DNA of 64,000 nucleotides from Candidatus Omnitrophota bacterium. Its GTDB lineage: Bacteria; Omnitrophota; Gorgyraeia; Gygaellales; Profunditerraquicolaceae. Below the pieces are notes generated by a model. It searched no databases, was not told the origin of the DNA, and saw only the letters and a program-made list of their open reading frames with translations. A program made the position numbers and the translations under genes. The number at the start of each line of letters is the position of its first letter. Position 1 is the stretch's first letter. The stretch spans positions 74,133 through 138,132 of the forward strand of contig QZKH01000002.1 in the NCBI GenBank assembly GCA_003598025.1. Direction: 5' to 3'. Shown piece by piece: positions 26,632-38,325 of this stretch.

Positions 26632-29562
26632 ATGTTAGGATTCATCAAGAAAAGATCTTTAGAGAATAAAAAGAGGGTAATAAAACAACGTTATCCTTCT
26701 GCTAAAATAAATTTACACCCCGATATACCCAACCCATCGGTCAATAAAATCGTCGAGCTTGCCGCGATAGTCGAGCAAATCAACTCTCTGGAACCTGTGA
26801 TATCCTCTCTCTCGGACACGGAATTGAAACACAAGACTTCGGAGTTTAGAGAGGCTATTATGAAATCATCTGAGGACTACGAAGCTAGAATAGCTGAGCT
26901 GGAAGACTTATTATCACAGGCCAGCATCCAGGAAGAACGCCAAAACTTAAAAGATAAAATCAAGGTTACGCGCAACAAAATATTTGCCGGCGTTCTGCCT
27001 GAGGCCTTTGCGGTCGTGCGCGAAGCTTCACGCAGGACTATAGGATTGCGCCATTTTGACGTGCAGTTACTGGGGGGCATAGTGTTGCATGAAGGCAAGA
27101 TCGCAGAAATGGCAACAGGCGAAGGCAAAACACTGGTAGCTACACTGCCGGCATATTTAAATGCGCTCCTGGGTAAAGGCGTACATATAGTCACTGTCAA
27201 TGATTACCTGGCAAGAAGAGACCGCGATTGGATGGGCCCCATATTTGAATTCTTAGGCTTGTCCGTCGGGGTGATCCAGCACGATATTTCTGATGAAGAA
27301 AGAAGGCATGCCTATTCCTGCGATATCACCTATGGTACCAATAATGAATTCGGGTTTGATTACCTAAGGGATAATATGAAATACAGTCTTGATGCGTTAG
27401 TCCAGAGGCCGTTTTATTTTGCCATAGTTGATGAGGTAGATTCTATACTTATCGATGAAGCGCGCACACCTTTGATTATTTCCGGTCCCGCAGAAGAATC
27501 AACGGACAAGTATTACATAATCGATAAGATCGTCCCGCGGTTAAGAGGCAGGAGGGTTTTAGAGAAAGAAGAGATTGAAGCAAAACATAAGGGCCAGGAC
27601 CTTTCTAAGGGCTATGATTATATGGTCGATGAGAAAGCCCACACCGCGCATTTAACGGAAGAAGGCGAATCAAAAGTATGCAGCATGCTCAATATCGATA
27701 ACCTGCATGAGATCAGCACTATGGAATGGCGCCATCATGTGATCCAGGCACTCCGCGCCCACAATTTGTATAAGAAGGACGTCGATTATGTTATTAAAGA
27801 CGGGCAGGTGATCATAGTCGATGAATTTACCGGCAGGATGATGCCGGGGAGGCGCTGGTCAGACGGCCTGCATCAGGCAGTAGAAGCAAAAGAGGGCTTA
27901 AAGATCGAAAGGGAGAACCAGACACTGGCTACGATTACCTTCCAGAATTATTTCCGCATGTATGAGAAATTATCAGGCATGACCGGTACGGCATTTACCG
28001 AGGCAAATGAGTTTAAAAATATTTACCAGCTTGATGTCGTAGTATTACCTACCAATAGGCCTCTGATACGCAATAATTTTCAGGATAGAGTTTATAAGTC
28101 AAAAAATGAGAAAATGAAAGCCGTAGTTGATGAGATAGTTGAACTTTATAATACCGGCAGGCCGGTATTGGTGGGTACGATATCTATCGATAAATCAGAG
28201 CTTCTTTCGGAAATGTTAAAGAGGCGCGGGGTCGAACATCAGGTGCTCAACGCTAAGTATCATGAAATGGAAGCCCAGATCGTTGCCCAGGCCGGCAGGT
28301 ATAAAGCAGTGACCATAGCTACTAACATGGCTGGCCGCGGCACAGACATACTGCTGGGAGGCAACCCTGAATTTATTGCCAGGAGTATAATAAACCAGAA
28401 ATTTGAGCGCGCTGACCCAGGCTATGAGGAAGCTTATGGCAAGCTGCTGAATGAATATAAAATCAAAACACAAAAAGAGCATGAAGAAGTAGTTAAGCTT
28501 GGCGGGTTGCATGTCATAGGCACCGAGCGTCATGAGGCAAGGCGTGTAGACAACCAGCTGCGCGGCAGATGCGGCCGCCAGGGAGACCCCGGTTCTTCAA
28601 GGTTCTACGTTTCCTTTGAAGACGACCTTATGAGGCTTTTTGGCTCGGATAGAATATTGAATTTAATGGATAAACTTGGATTAGAGGAAGGGCAGGTCAT
28701 AGATCACCCTTGGGTTTCCAAATCCATTGAGATAGCCCAGAAGAGGGTAGAGGAGCACAATTTTGAAATAAGGAAACAGCTCCTTGAATATGATAATGTG
28801 ATGAATAAGCAGAGGGAGATTATTTACGGCCAGCGCAGGCAGGTTCTTGATGGTGCATCTATGAGGGACGATATACTCTCCGGCTCAGACAAAATACTTG
28901 ATGAATTGTTATCGATATATTTGCCTGCTGAGCCCGGTGCGGAAACTGATATCGAGGGATTATCCAGCGCGATAAAGTCTAAATTCGGCCTTGATCTGGA
29001 GCCGGATTTACGGAGCATAGTCGATAGGGCGGTTTTAGCTGAAAAATTATCCGGGATTATCCGCAGCGCCTATGATGAAAAAGAAAAAGCAATCGGTGCT
29101 GATATGTTAAGGCACCTTGAACGCATGGTTTATCTCCAGATCACAGATGCCAAATGGAAAGACCACCTCTATGCGATGGACAGCCTAAGGGAAGGTATAG
29201 GGCTGCGTGCTTACGGACAAAGGGACCCGTTGATAGAATATAAACGTGAAGCATTTAATATGTTTAGCGAAATGATTTATAAGATTGAAGATGAGGCAGT
29301 TGAGATTTTATTCAGGCTCCAGCCAGCTAAACCAGCCACAGATTTTAAGGGTGTTTTTAAAGAGTCAAGCCAGCAGCTGTTGCATCCCGATAGTAAGTCT
29401 TTTAACCAGCAGCCGGAATCTTTAACACAAGATAGCCTTAGCAGTAGCCAACAAATAAGCCATCAGGCCCTTCCCAATAAATCTTCAGCAGAAAAAGTAG
29501 GCAGAAATGACCCCTGTCCTTGCGGCTCAGGGAAAAAATACAAGAAATGTTGCGGAAAATGA
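26632..29562 (+). CDS. secA: preprotein translocase ATPase SecA
   Basis: 976 aa with Walker A (MATGEGKT) and DEAD-like motifs, and a C-terminal zinc finger ([14 protein letters not shown]). Confidence 0.95.
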   Translation: MLGFIKKRSLENKKRVIKQRYPSAKINLHPDIPNPSVNKIVELAAIVEQINSLEPVISSLSDTELKHKTSEFREAIMKSSEDYEARIAELEDLLSQASIQEERQNLKDKIKVTRNKIFAGVLPEAFAVVREASRRTIGLRHFDVQLLGGIVLHEGKIAEMATGEGKTLVATLPAYLNALLGKGVHIVTVNDYLARRDRDWMGPIFEFLGLSVGVIQHDISDEERRHAYSCDITYGTNNEFGFDYLRDNMKYSLDALVQRPFYFAIVDEVDSILIDEARTPLIISGPAEESTDKYYIIDKIVPRLRGRRVLEKEEIEAKHKGQDLSKGYDYMVDEKAHTAHLTEEGESKVCSMLNIDNLHEISTMEWRHHVIQALRAHNLYKKDVDYVIKDGQVIIVDEFTGRMMPGRRWSDGLHQAVEAKEGLKIERENQTLATITFQNYFRMYEKLSGMTGTAFTEANEFKNIYQLDVVVLPTNRPLIRNNFQDRVYKSKNEKMKAVVDEIVELYNTGRPVLVGTISIDKSELLSEMLKRRGVEHQVLNAKYHEMEAQIVAQAGRYKAVTIATNMAGRGTDILLGGNPEFIARSIINQKFERADPGYEEAYGKLLNEYKIKTQKEHEEVVKLGGLHVIGTERHEARRVDNQLRGRCGRQGDPGSSRFYVSFEDDLMRLFGSDRILNLMDKLGLEEGQVIDHPWVSKSIEIAQKRVEEHNFEIRKQLLEYDNVMNKQREIIYGQRRQVLDGASMRDDILSGSDKILDELLSIYLPAEPGAETDIEGLSSAIKSKFGLDLEPDLRSIVDRAVLAEKLSGIIRSAYDEKEKAIGADMLRHLERMVYLQITDAKWKDHLYAMDSLREGIGLRAYGQRDPLIEYKREAFNMFSEMIYKIEDEAVEILFRLQPAKPATDFKGVFKESSQQLLHPDSKSFNQQPESLTQDSLSSSQQISHQALPNKSSAEKVGRNDPCPCGSGKKYKKCCGK

Positions 29563-31073
29563 TTCCCCAAAGGATAAACAAAATTTTTAATCTCGGCAAA
29601 AAAGGTTTTTTCTTAAGTATTCTTTCCGGTATTCTACTGGCATTTTCTTTTCCCTCTTTTAATCTCTGGATAACCGCCTGGGTGGCTTTTATCCCGTTGC
29701 TCTTGGCTATAAGAGGGAAAAATAAGGCGCAATCTTTCGTATCAGGTTATATCTCAGGGCTGGTTTTCTGGTCTATGACAGTTTATTGGCTGAGCCACGT
29801 TACTGTCCCGGGAGTCTTGCTGATGGTTTCTTACTTATCCTTATATTCGGCGTTATTTACTCTGTTTATAAAGCTATTTAGCCGGAATAAAAACTCAGGC
29901 GTAATAATCATCCCGGCATTATGGGTGATGCTGGAATATTTACGCAGCCACGCCTTTACTGGTTTTGGCTGGGCCCTTTTGGGATATTCCCAATATCAGA
30001 ATATTTATATTATTCAAATCGCTGATTTATTTGGCGCCTGGGGAGTATCATTCCTGGTCATGGTTATTAATGTATGTATTTATAATTATCTTATATCAGA
30101 TGCTAAGCCCGGGCTGAGAATAAGGAAACTTCTGTTAGCCGCATCCCTGCTTATCGCAGTTTTGTCCTATGGTTGCTATAAGTCCAAAGCAGTAGAACCC
30201 GGGGAAAATAAAAAAGGGATAAAGATTTCGGTTATCCAGGGCAACATTCCTCAAGAGCTTAAGTGGGATGTTAAATCCAGAGATATGATAATGAACAGGT
30301 TCCTTGGGTTAAGCAGAGAGGTGTTGCCTGATAATCCGGAAATAATAATTTGGCCTGAGGCTGCTATCCCGGTAGTTATCTCGGAAGAGCCATGGTATCT
30401 GGGTAGAGTAAGAAAATTTGCGGATGATAATAAGATCTTTATGCTCCTGGGTGCGGTTGATGCTGTAGGGGAGGCTTATTATAACGAAGCGATTTTGCTT
30501 TCTCCCGGCAAGGAAGACCACACCGTTTATAAGAAACTCCACCTGGTTCCGTTCGGAGAGTACATCCCTCTTAGAAAATACCTGAAATTTCTGGAGCCAT
30601 TTGTGCCCATAGGTGATTTTACCGCAGGCAATGAATATACGGTATTTCCATCTCCGGTTAAATTCTCCGTATTAATTTGTTTTGAGGATAATATTGCTGA
30701 GATCTCCAGAAATTTTGTAAGACGCGGCTCAAGGCTTCTGGTCAATATCACAAATGACGCCTGGTTTAACCTTAGTTCGGCGCCGTATCAGCATATGCAA
30801 TCATCGGTTTTCCGTGCTGTTGAGAACAGGGTTTATGTTATACGTTCGGCAAATACCGGGGTGTCCGGATTTATAGCGCCTACCGGAAAAATATTATCTT
30901 CTGTCAGCGATGCAGGCGGAAACAGGATATTTATCACCGGCTACGCAACCCATGAGATATTTACTTCTATAGATTACTTGAGTTTTTATACGCGATTTGG
31001 AGATTTATTTATAATTTTTTGTATTATGGCGATTTTATATGGTATAATCCCTCCCAAAATCCCGAAGAAATGA
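29559..31073 (+). CDS. lnt: apolipoprotein N-acyltransferase
   Basis: N-terminal polytopic membrane domain plus a CN-hydrolase domain with the E-K-C triad context (ICFEDNI). Confidence 0.8.
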   Translation: MIPQRINKIFNLGKKGFFLSILSGILLAFSFPSFNLWITAWVAFIPLLLAIRGKNKAQSFVSGYISGLVFWSMTVYWLSHVTVPGVLLMVSYLSLYSALFTLFIKLFSRNKNSGVIIIPALWVMLEYLRSHAFTGFGWALLGYSQYQNIYIIQIADLFGAWGVSFLVMVINVCIYNYLISDAKPGLRIRKLLLAASLLIAVLSYGCYKSKAVEPGENKKGIKISVIQGNIPQELKWDVKSRDMIMNRFLGLSREVLPDNPEIIIWPEAAIPVVISEEPWYLGRVRKFADDNKIFMLLGAVDAVGEAYYNEAILLSPGKEDHTVYKKLHLVPFGEYIPLRKYLKFLEPFVPIGDFTAGNEYTVFPSPVKFSVLICFEDNIAEISRNFVRRGSRLLVNITNDAWFNLSSAPYQHMQSSVFRAVENRVYVIRSANTGVSGFIAPTGKILSSVSDAGGNRIFITGYATHEIFTSIDYLSFYTRFGDLFIIFCIMAILYGIIPPKIPKK

Positions 31074-31558
31074 AAAAAACATTTATTATTATATTTATAA
31101 TTTCTTTAATCTCTATTCCTGCGGCAATATATTTATTAGATAAAGAAACTTTTCTTTGCCCGATAGAGTATGGCTATGATTTTGTAATACGCAATGATTC
31201 TATGGGAGAGGGCCAATTCGGCGCCAAACGCAGCGGAGGCAGGCTGCATAATGGTATTGACCTATTTGCAGATATCTGGGCTCCGGTGCGGGCAAGTAAT
31301 TGCGGTATAGTTGTAGCTTCTGAGTCGAGCCGTGGAATGGGTAAATTTGTCGTGATCAAACATCCTGGCTCTGTATCTACGGTATACGGGCATCTAAATG
31401 AGTTGTGTGTTAAAGAGGGGCAGTTTGTGCGGCAAGGAGATATAATCGGAAAAGTTGGTAAGACCGGTAATGCAAATTACCGTAGCATGGACGCACATCT
31501 TCATCTTGAAATAAGAAAGAACGGCTCTCCTCAGGAGCCGTTGGATTATCTGGAGTGA
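31070..31558 (+). CDS. M23 (LytM-type) metallopeptidase
   Basis: HxxxD (HNGIDL) and HLH (HLHLEIRKNG) zinc-ligand motifs, with a signal-anchor N-terminus. Confidence 0.75.
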   Translation: MKKTFIIIFIISLISIPAAIYLLDKETFLCPIEYGYDFVIRNDSMGEGQFGAKRSGGRLHNGIDLFADIWAPVRASNCGIVVASESSRGMGKFVVIKHPGSVSTVYGHLNELCVKEGQFVRQGDIIGKVGKTGNANYRSMDAHLHLEIRKNGSPQEPLDYLE

Positions 31559-32709
31559 TTATGCTGAATATAATATTACTGGGAATCACAAGTTTTCTTA
31601 CTGATGTATCAAGCGAGATGGTCTATCCTTTGCTGCCTGTTTACCTGGTAACTGTTCTCGGTGCAGGTCCGGCAGTACTGGGATTAATCGAGGGCGTTGC
31701 AGAGAGCTTGGCAAGCATAACGAAGGTCTTCTCTGGATATTTTTCGGATAAATTGAAGTCCCGCAAGCCATTCACTATATTAGGATATTTTGCTTCCGCA
31801 TTAGGAAAAGTTTTTTTATTTTTGTCAATAGGCTGGGGATTTGTTTTAGTCGGACGTCTGCTTGACAGGTTTGGCAAAGGGGTACGTACTGCTCCGCGGG
31901 ATGCCTTGATTGCCGATAGCACATCGAAAGGTAAGAGGGGCTCTGCTTTTGGCCTGCACCGGGCCATGGATACATGCGGGGCAGCCGTAGGAGTCGTACT
32001 GGCTTATTTCTTGGTTTCTCATTATACGGGCAATTTTAAGCGGGTTTTCTTTTATTCTCTTATTCCTGCTTTTATCGGCGTGTTGGTGCTTTTTTTGGTA
32101 AAAGAGAAGAAAGAAAAGAGAGATGAGCAGCTCGGCAGGAAAAAAATATCTTTCAGCTGGAAAGGCCTGGATAAAAGGCTTAGGCTTTTCTTGATCTTCA
32201 GTTTTATTTTTACTCTCGGCAATTCTTCAAACCAGTTTTTGCTGCTTAAGGCCAAAGACATGGGCAGCCCTGTCACCAGCGTGATTATTTTATACCTTGT
32301 TTTTAATGTTATTCAGGCTGTGGTGATATATCCTGCCTCATGGTTATCTGATAAGATCGGCAAGAAAAAACTTCTTGTAGCCGGATATCTCTTCTACGGT
32401 TTAGTTTACCTTGGGTTTGCTTTAAACAATTCATTAGGCCATTTATGGATTTTGTTTGCCTTGTATGGGATTTATATGGGCCTGACTGAAGGAGTGGAAA
32501 AGGCGCTTATTGCGGATATTTCACCTGCTGGGCTTAGGGCAACTACGATTGGGCTGCATGCTACAATTATCGGGATAGGTTTATTGCCTGCATCTGTGTT
32601 AGCCGGTGTACTTTGGAAATTATTCGGCGCACAGGCTCCTTTTTATTTCGGATCGTTTATGGGAATATTGGCAAGCTGCGGATTCTTTTTTGTGCTGAAA
32701 GGCCTTTAG
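31555..32709 (+). CDS. MFS transporter
   Basis: 12 predicted TM helices. MFS loop motif GRLLDRFGK. Confidence 0.7.
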   Translation: MIMLNIILLGITSFLTDVSSEMVYPLLPVYLVTVLGAGPAVLGLIEGVAESLASITKVFSGYFSDKLKSRKPFTILGYFASALGKVFLFLSIGWGFVLVGRLLDRFGKGVRTAPRDALIADSTSKGKRGSAFGLHRAMDTCGAAVGVVLAYFLVSHYTGNFKRVFFYSLIPAFIGVLVLFLVKEKKEKRDEQLGRKKISFSWKGLDKRLRLFLIFSFIFTLGNSSNQFLLLKAKDMGSPVTSVIILYLVFNVIQAVVIYPASWLSDKIGKKKLLVAGYLFYGLVYLGFALNNSLGHLWILFALYGIYMGLTEGVEKALIADISPAGLRATTIGLHATIIGIGLLPASVLAGVLWKLFGAQAPFYFGSFMGILASCGFFFVLKGL

Positions 32710-33587
32710 TTATTTTCCTTCGGTTCAAGATGCACAATCACGTCTGTAACCCCTTCGATATTTAATTTGATAACGCGTTCTATGTCGTAGCAGACTTTAT
32801 GAGCTTCATCCATATGCATATCCGGGTCTACCTGTACGTGCAGGTCTATATAGATATCATCTGACCTTCCCCGTGTACGTATCTTATGACAGGACCTGAC
32901 TCCTTTTATACGTAAAACCAGATCGACTATTTTTTTAGAGTCTATTATTGCTGCTGTATCACAGAGCACCCTGGAAGATTCCTGGATGATCCTGTACCCA
33001 GAGTAGGCTATAAATAAAGAAATCACCATTGTAACGATAGGATCGATTATAGGGAAGCCTAATTTTATAGCGGCTAAAGCTATAATAACAGATATAGAGG
33101 TGAATATATCTGTCTGCGTATGCATCGAGTCAGAAATGAGGATATCACTCTTCAATTTCAGGCCCTGTTTTTTCTCGTAAATCATGACAGCTAGATTTAT
33201 GCTTAGAGTTGTCAGCATGACAATGAGAGCGCCAAGCCCGATATCAGGGATTACAGGGTTATTTATACGCAATAATCCTACCCTAAACAGATTGAATGCG
33301 ACTATAAACAGGAAAGCGGATATCGCTAACGAGAATAAAGTTTCGTATTTCCTATGCCCGTAAGGATGGTCTAAATCTTTAGGTTTCGAAGCAAGATGAA
33401 TTCCGATAAGCGCAATTATATTAGATGCCCCGTCTGACAGAGAATGAAAGCCGTCAGCGCTTATGCTGGAACATTTGCTTAAAGCGCCATAAACAATCTT
33501 GGCTAAAGCAACTCCCCAGTTAAAGGCAAGGATTATAATCAGTATCTTCTTGATCTCTGCGGTTCTTCTTGATAAATCCTGCTCCAT
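32706..33587 (-). CDS. cation diffusion facilitator (CDF) family divalent-metal exporter
   Basis: TM2 and TM5 HD/DH-type motifs (SDGFHSLSD..., LHVQVDPDMH) and a C-terminal cytoplasmic domain. Confidence 0.8.
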   Translation of the reverse strand: MEQDLSRRTAEIKKILIIILAFNWGVALAKIVYGALSKCSSISADGFHSLSDGASNIIALIGIHLASKPKDLDHPYGHRKYETLFSLAISAFLFIVAFNLFRVGLLRINNPVIPDIGLGALIVMLTTLSINLAVMIYEKKQGLKLKSDILISDSMHTQTDIFTSISVIIALAAIKLGFPIIDPIVTMVISLFIAYSGYRIIQESSRVLCDTAAIIDSKKIVDLVLRIKGVRSCHKIRTRGRSDDIYIDLHVQVDPDMHMDEAHKVCYDIERVIKLNIEGVTDVIVHLEPKENN

Positions 33588-33697
33588 ATAGTAATTATAA
33601 TTGCAGATTCAGGCTAATTCAATAAATATTACTTTTAGTCCGCGGTGCACGGAGCACAGTTCACTGAGCGTAGTTTATAGAAGTATGACCCACATAT

Positions 33698-33711
33698 CCT
33701 CTGTGAACTAT
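33698..33711. repeat. short heptamer array (GTGAACT ATGAACC) upstream of the promoter of gene 33816, with a degenerate inverted copy at 33658-33680
   Basis: Read directly in the sequence. TTGAAC (33730-33735), a 17-bp spacer and TAGAAT follow. Confidence 0.6.
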
Positions 33712-33815
33712 GAACCAATGTACTGCTTATTGAACTCATACTTTTTCCATGATAGAATACAATACAATGAGCAAAAATATTTATTGAGCCACTGATAGAA
33801 TAACTGGAGGTAGCT

Positions 33816-34301
33816 ATGCTGGAATTTAAAAGCGTTAAAATAATTAAACCCCAGGATTTAAATATCATATTAGGCCAGAGCCATTTTATTAAGACTGTGG
33901 AAGATATCTATGAGGTATTAGTCAGCAGTGTGCCGAATATAAAGTTTGGTTTGGCTTTTTGCGAGGCATCAGGCGCCTGTAAAGTAAGAAGCGAAGGCAA
34001 TGACCCCGGATTAAAGAAACTTGCCATTGACAATGCGCTGGAATTGGGCGCCGGGCACAGTTTTATTTTATTTCTGGATCAGGCCTATCCGATCAATGTA
34101 TTAAACGCAATAAAGGCATTACCTGAAGTGTGTTCCGTATATTGCGCATCCGCTAACCCCGTAGAAGTCATTATTGCTCAAACAGATTCGGGGCGCGGGA
34201 TAATGGGTGTGATCGATGGAGCACAGCCAAAAGGCATTGAAACAGAGGAGGATATAAAGTGGCGTAAGGGCCTTTTGCGCAAAATAGGATATAAACTTTG
34301 A
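33816..34301 (+). CDS. conserved hypothetical protein (resembles the small adenosine-specific-kinase/PF04008-like family)
   Basis: 161 aa with conserved blocks GQSHFIKTVEDIYE and GLAFCEASG. The assignment is from memory only. Confidence 0.3.
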   Translation: MLEFKSVKIIKPQDLNIILGQSHFIKTVEDIYEVLVSSVPNIKFGLAFCEASGACKVRSEGNDPGLKKLAIDNALELGAGHSFILFLDQAYPINVLNAIKALPEVCSVYCASANPVEVIIAQTDSGRGIMGVIDGAQPKGIETEEDIKWRKGLLRKIGYKL

Positions 34302-34353
34302 GCATTTATTAAAAAAGGTATTAATTATCAAGTTTGCTGTTATAATAACTGGC

Positions 34354-35904
34354 ATGCGCACGTTTATGAAGAAAGATTTCTCAAGACAGTTCCTTTGCCT
34401 GGTATTTTTTTTACTGGTAGCTTATACAATATTCCTCCAATTCATTGCTCCGGTCCTTTATGGCGAAGACAGCTATTACCATGTGGCTGTAGCTAAATTC
34501 ATAAGGCAATTCGGGCTGCATTATGATTTCCATTGGGCGCAATTTTCCACCTTTAAAGAATTTTTCTCTGATAAGGATTTATTATTCCATGTCCTTATAT
34601 GCCCGTTTACTTATCTAACCGATAATATAGTCCTGGCAGGTAAATACGCAGTCATATTCTTTGATGTATTATTTCTTCTTGCCTATCTCTATATCCTCAG
34701 GAAGTATTTACCGGATTTTTTGGTTGCCTGTTTTTTGATCTTGCCATTTTTATCCGGAGTTTTTTATGCTTATTTTACGTTTTTGAGGCCGACAACTTTA
34801 GCTAATGTTCTATTTATATTCAGTATATATTTCCTGATAAATAAAAATCCCGTCAAACTATTCATAGCCACCGTACTATTTACGCTTTCGCACTTATTTT
34901 TTCCTCTAATATTCATATTCGCGTTGATAACAGAGGCTATAAGATATTTCTCTAAGAAGGAATTTTACCTTAGGAATATTTACAGCGTTTTATTGGGTAT
35001 AGCCTTAGGCACGATTATACATCCTAATTTTCCGAATAATCTGCTATCATTTCATTTAAATGTTATTTTGGTGCCCTATTACTCTTTTTTAAATGTTCCG
35101 ATAAGTTTTGGAGGCGAGCTAAGCAGCGGCCCCACCAAAAACGTGCTTCTTGAAGAGTTCGTCGTCTTTTTTTCTTTCAATATAATTATTTGGTTGTTGT
35201 TGGTGCGGCGCATAAAAATAAGCTTTTCTACCCTGGTTTGGTGGGCTTGCTCCAGTATTTTCATGGCCAGTTCATTCATAAGCAACAGATACTGGTATAA
35301 TAATATTGTTTTATTCCTTGTATTTTTTGCTTCTTTTGTGAAAGATCTGTCAGATACCTTCCAACCGGGCAGAATAATTACAAAGTCCAGATATTTCATT
35401 TTATCGTATTTATGCGTACTTGTTTTATTCCTTAAGGTAGGCCTGGAGCCTATAGTGAAGCTTTTTGAGAGCCAAATAGTCCTAAACGGAGATTATGAAG
35501 AAGTAGGCAAATGGATGCTTAAGAACATACCTGCAAATGAAATGATTTATCATGCCTATTGGAGCGATTCGCCATACTTTATTGCGTTGAACCCTAAAAA
35601 CAACTATTTAGTTGTTCTGGACCCGATGTATATGCTTTACAGATACCCCAAGGAATACATGCTTTATTCTGATATACTGAAAGGCCAGGTACAGCATCCT
35701 TATAAGGATATCCAGGGTACTTTTAAATCGAAGTATGCTTTTACGAGAAAAGAAGCCCCGTTTTATTCCCAGATGAATAATGACCACATGCATTTTAAGA
35801 AGCTGTATGATACTAATTGGTCGGCTGTTTTTGAAATACTTCCGCAAGCAGAGGAAACAGAAAAGGCTAACACAAAAAAAGAAATAAGAACCAAGAAAAA
35901 ATAA
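34354..35904 (+). CDS. polytopic membrane protein with a GT-C-type (ArnT/PMT-like) glycosyltransferase signature and a C-terminal soluble domain
   Basis: About 11 TM helices. GEDSYYH in the first extracytoplasmic loop resembles the DE/DD motif of GT-C enzymes. It lies adjacent to an LpxL-family gene. Confidence 0.35.
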   Translation: MRTFMKKDFSRQFLCLVFFLLVAYTIFLQFIAPVLYGEDSYYHVAVAKFIRQFGLHYDFHWAQFSTFKEFFSDKDLLFHVLICPFTYLTDNIVLAGKYAVIFFDVLFLLAYLYILRKYLPDFLVACFLILPFLSGVFYAYFTFLRPTTLANVLFIFSIYFLINKNPVKLFIATVLFTLSHLFFPLIFIFALITEAIRYFSKKEFYLRNIYSVLLGIALGTIIHPNFPNNLLSFHLNVILVPYYSFLNVPISFGGELSSGPTKNVLLEEFVVFFSFNIIIWLLLVRRIKISFSTLVWWACSSIFMASSFISNRYWYNNIVLFLVFFASFVKDLSDTFQPGRIITKSRYFILSYLCVLVLFLKVGLEPIVKLFESQIVLNGDYEEVGKWMLKNIPANEMIYHAYWSDSPYFIALNPKNNYLVVLDPMYMLYRYPKEYMLYSDILKGQVQHPYKDIQGTFKSKYAFTRKEAPFYSQMNNDHMHFKKLYDTNWSAVFEILPQAEETEKANTKKEIRTKKK

Positions 35905-35982
35905 TTAATACTAAAATATAGGCAAAATTGATCAGGGTTTATTAAGTAATTTTGCCTTTTTAGCATAACTGCGATAATTAGA

Positions 35983-36918
35983 ATGTTATCGAAAGACAGG
36001 CGTAAAAAAATAGGATACTTTATTTCTTGGCTGGCGCTTAATTTTTGTTCCTGGCTGGTTATGGTTATGCCGCGAAAGTTGCATTATATTTTCGCAGCCA
36101 TGATTGCTTCTTTGGGATATAAATTTGCTAAAAAGCAAAGAATAATTGCCCAGGAAAGCCTTAAGCTTGCTTTTGGCAGCCAGAAGGATAGGCAAGAGAT
36201 AGATAAGATTGTCAGAGATTGTTTTCTGGGCATTGCTAAATCAGGGCTTGAGCTGGTATATTTTATGAACAAGCCGAATTTACTTGCCGGATATGTTGAA
36301 ATAACAGGTAAAGATAAACTAGACAAAGCTTTATCGAAAGGCAATGGGGTCATATTGGTAAGCGCGCATTTCGGCAACTTCCCGTTATTATTGGGGCGTT
36401 TAAGCGTAGAGGGGTATAAAACTGCCGGTATAATGCGCCCGATGCGTAACCTAAGAGTAGAAAAATTATTCATGGAGAAAAGGATAAGCTACGGCGTTAA
36501 AACCATACACAGCTACCCGCGGAATGTTTGTGTGAGCAGTTCTCTGCGCAGCCTAAGGGATAATGAGATCCTTTTTATACCTCTTGACCAGAACTTCGGT
36601 ACTTCTGGAGTGTTCGTTAATTTTTTTGGCAGAAAAGCAGCGACTGCAACCGGCCCGGTTATCCTGGCGTCGCGCACCGGCAGCCCAATACTGCCATGTT
36701 TTATCATAAGGCAGGAAGATAACAGCCATAAGATTATATTTGAAGACCCTATTGTAATAGAGGAAAATAAGGTGGATAAGGAAGCTATAATCAAGTATGT
36801 GCAGAGAATAACCGACATTATTGAGTCTTATATCCGGAAGTACCCTGCGGAATGGGGTTGGATACACAGGAGATGGAAGAGCAGGCCGGAGAAGGAAGGA
36901 GGTGTTGAAAATGGCTGA
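35983..36918 (+). CDS. lipid A biosynthesis (Kdo)2-lipid IVA acyltransferase (LpxL/HtrB family)
   Basis: HxxxxD-type acyltransferase context (SAHFGNF) and a C-terminal YPEQYLWLHRRWK-like motif (YPAEWGWIHRRWKSRP). Confidence 0.75.
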   Translation: MLSKDRRKKIGYFISWLALNFCSWLVMVMPRKLHYIFAAMIASLGYKFAKKQRIIAQESLKLAFGSQKDRQEIDKIVRDCFLGIAKSGLELVYFMNKPNLLAGYVEITGKDKLDKALSKGNGVILVSAHFGNFPLLLGRLSVEGYKTAGIMRPMRNLRVEKLFMEKRISYGVKTIHSYPRNVCVSSSLRSLRDNEILFIPLDQNFGTSGVFVNFFGRKAATATGPVILASRTGSPILPCFIIRQEDNSHKIIFEDPIVIEENKVDKEAIIKYVQRITDIIESYIRKYPAEWGWIHRRWKSRPEKEGGVENG

Positions 36919-37129
36919 CGATATTAAACAGGAAGGCAAAAACTGTTGTTTTAGCTCGGGTAAAGTATTTTCAACAATTATTAAGGTGTTTTTGGGCTTT
37001 ACGTTTCTGGTGTTGGGTATTTTGGCAGTAATCAAATGGTTACCGGCGCTTTGGACGATCATTACCGGTTGTATTGGGTTATTTTTGATCCTGGCAGGAA
37101 TAGTTACTTTGGCAGTCGCCAAAGAATAA
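36912..37129 (+). CDS. small two-TM membrane protein
   Basis: 72 aa starting MADDIKQEGK with AGGAAGGAGGTG upstream. It overlaps the lpxL-family stop. Confidence 0.35.
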
Positions 37130-37259
37130 AGTATATCCTCCGATAAAAGGGTTAATAGGAAAAACACCTCCTGTTAGCCCTTTGCCTTTATCAATACATC
37201 TTTACTAAATGTAGATTAAGAGTATAATAGTTGCCAATATTAATTTTACAAATACGGAG

Positions 37260-37832
37260 ATGATTATGGAGACTGTTTTAAGAAGAGAACTTATAGTAGA
37301 TAGGAGAATTTGCAAGATCATTGGGGTGGGGTTTTTTGTCATGGCTACTGCCTTAGGCGCATTTGTGCGTATACCTCTTCCTTTTACTCCTGTCCCTATA
37401 ACGATGCAGACATTCTTCGTCTTGCTTTCCGGGGCTTTCCTTGGTTCGGGTTTAGGGCTTACTTCGCAGGCCATCTACCTTGTAATAGGGTGCTTAGGAC
37501 TGCCTATTTTCTCACAAGGTAATTTCGGTTTTGCTTATATTTTAGGGCCTACCGGGGGGTATATATTAGGTTTTATTATGGCCGCATATTTTATCGGCAG
37601 GTCACTGGATGCCGGCATCAATAAACCCTGGAGAGTATTCCTTTATTTTCTAACCGCAGATTTAATAATTCTTTCTTGCGGGAGCCTATGGCTCTCGAAG
37701 GTATTTAACATAAGTTTATTTAAGGCTTCTTTGCTTGGTTTCCTTCCTTTTGTGCCCGGAAATTTAATTAAAATATCCTTTGCCACTATTTTGTATGGCA
37801 AGCTGAAAAACCGCCTTGAGCAGATATTCTAG
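37260..37832 (+). CDS. bioY: BioY biotin ECF-transporter S component
   Basis: VRIPLPFTPVPITMQTFFVLLSG, which is highly characteristic of BioY. Confidence 0.8.
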   Translation: MIMETVLRRELIVDRRICKIIGVGFFVMATALGAFVRIPLPFTPVPITMQTFFVLLSGAFLGSGLGLTSQAIYLVIGCLGLPIFSQGNFGFAYILGPTGGYILGFIMAAYFIGRSLDAGINKPWRVFLYFLTADLIILSCGSLWLSKVFNISLFKASLLGFLPFVPGNLIKISFATILYGKLKNRLEQIF

Positions 37833-37862
37833 CCAAAACACGCTTTATAAAAAGGAGAAAGT

Positions 37863-38312
37863 ATGAAGATAAAGGAGATAATGGTTAAGGATGTAAAAAG
37901 CATTGCTCCTGATTCTACTGCTCTGGAAGCCATGAATTTATTGTATCAACTCGAAATAAGCGGTTTGCCTGTGATTGATAAAAATAATAAACTTGTAGGT
38001 ATGTTTACGGAGAAGAACATTCTTTCATTTTTATTGCCGAGTTATATAGAAAAGGTCGGCAGGTTTATTTATGAAGATAATCCGAAAGCCACAAAGAAAA
38101 AGCTTAACGAACTTGCCACGGTTAAAGTCGCACAATTGATGAGGAGCGATGTAATTACCGTCAGACAAGATGCAGCTTTGTGCGAAGTAGCAAGGTTGAT
38201 GCTGACTCAAAAAGTACGCCGGGTGCCCGTGGTGGATAATTCCGGATCAGTCGTCGGGATAGTGGCAAGATGTGATGTCTTAAAGGCAATGTTCAGGATG
38301 GCAGGAGAGTAA
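37863..38312 (+). CDS. CBS-domain pair protein
   Basis: Two CBS motifs (GLPVIDKNNKLVGMFT and RRVPVVDNSGSVVGIV). Confidence 0.75.
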   Translation: MKIKEIMVKDVKSIAPDSTALEAMNLLYQLEISGLPVIDKNNKLVGMFTEKNILSFLLPSYIEKVGRFIYEDNPKATKKKLNELATVKVAQLMRSDVITVRQDAALCEVARLMLTQKVRRVPVVDNSGSVVGIVARCDVLKAMFRMAGE

Positions 38313-38325
38313 AAGGCTTAAGAAA

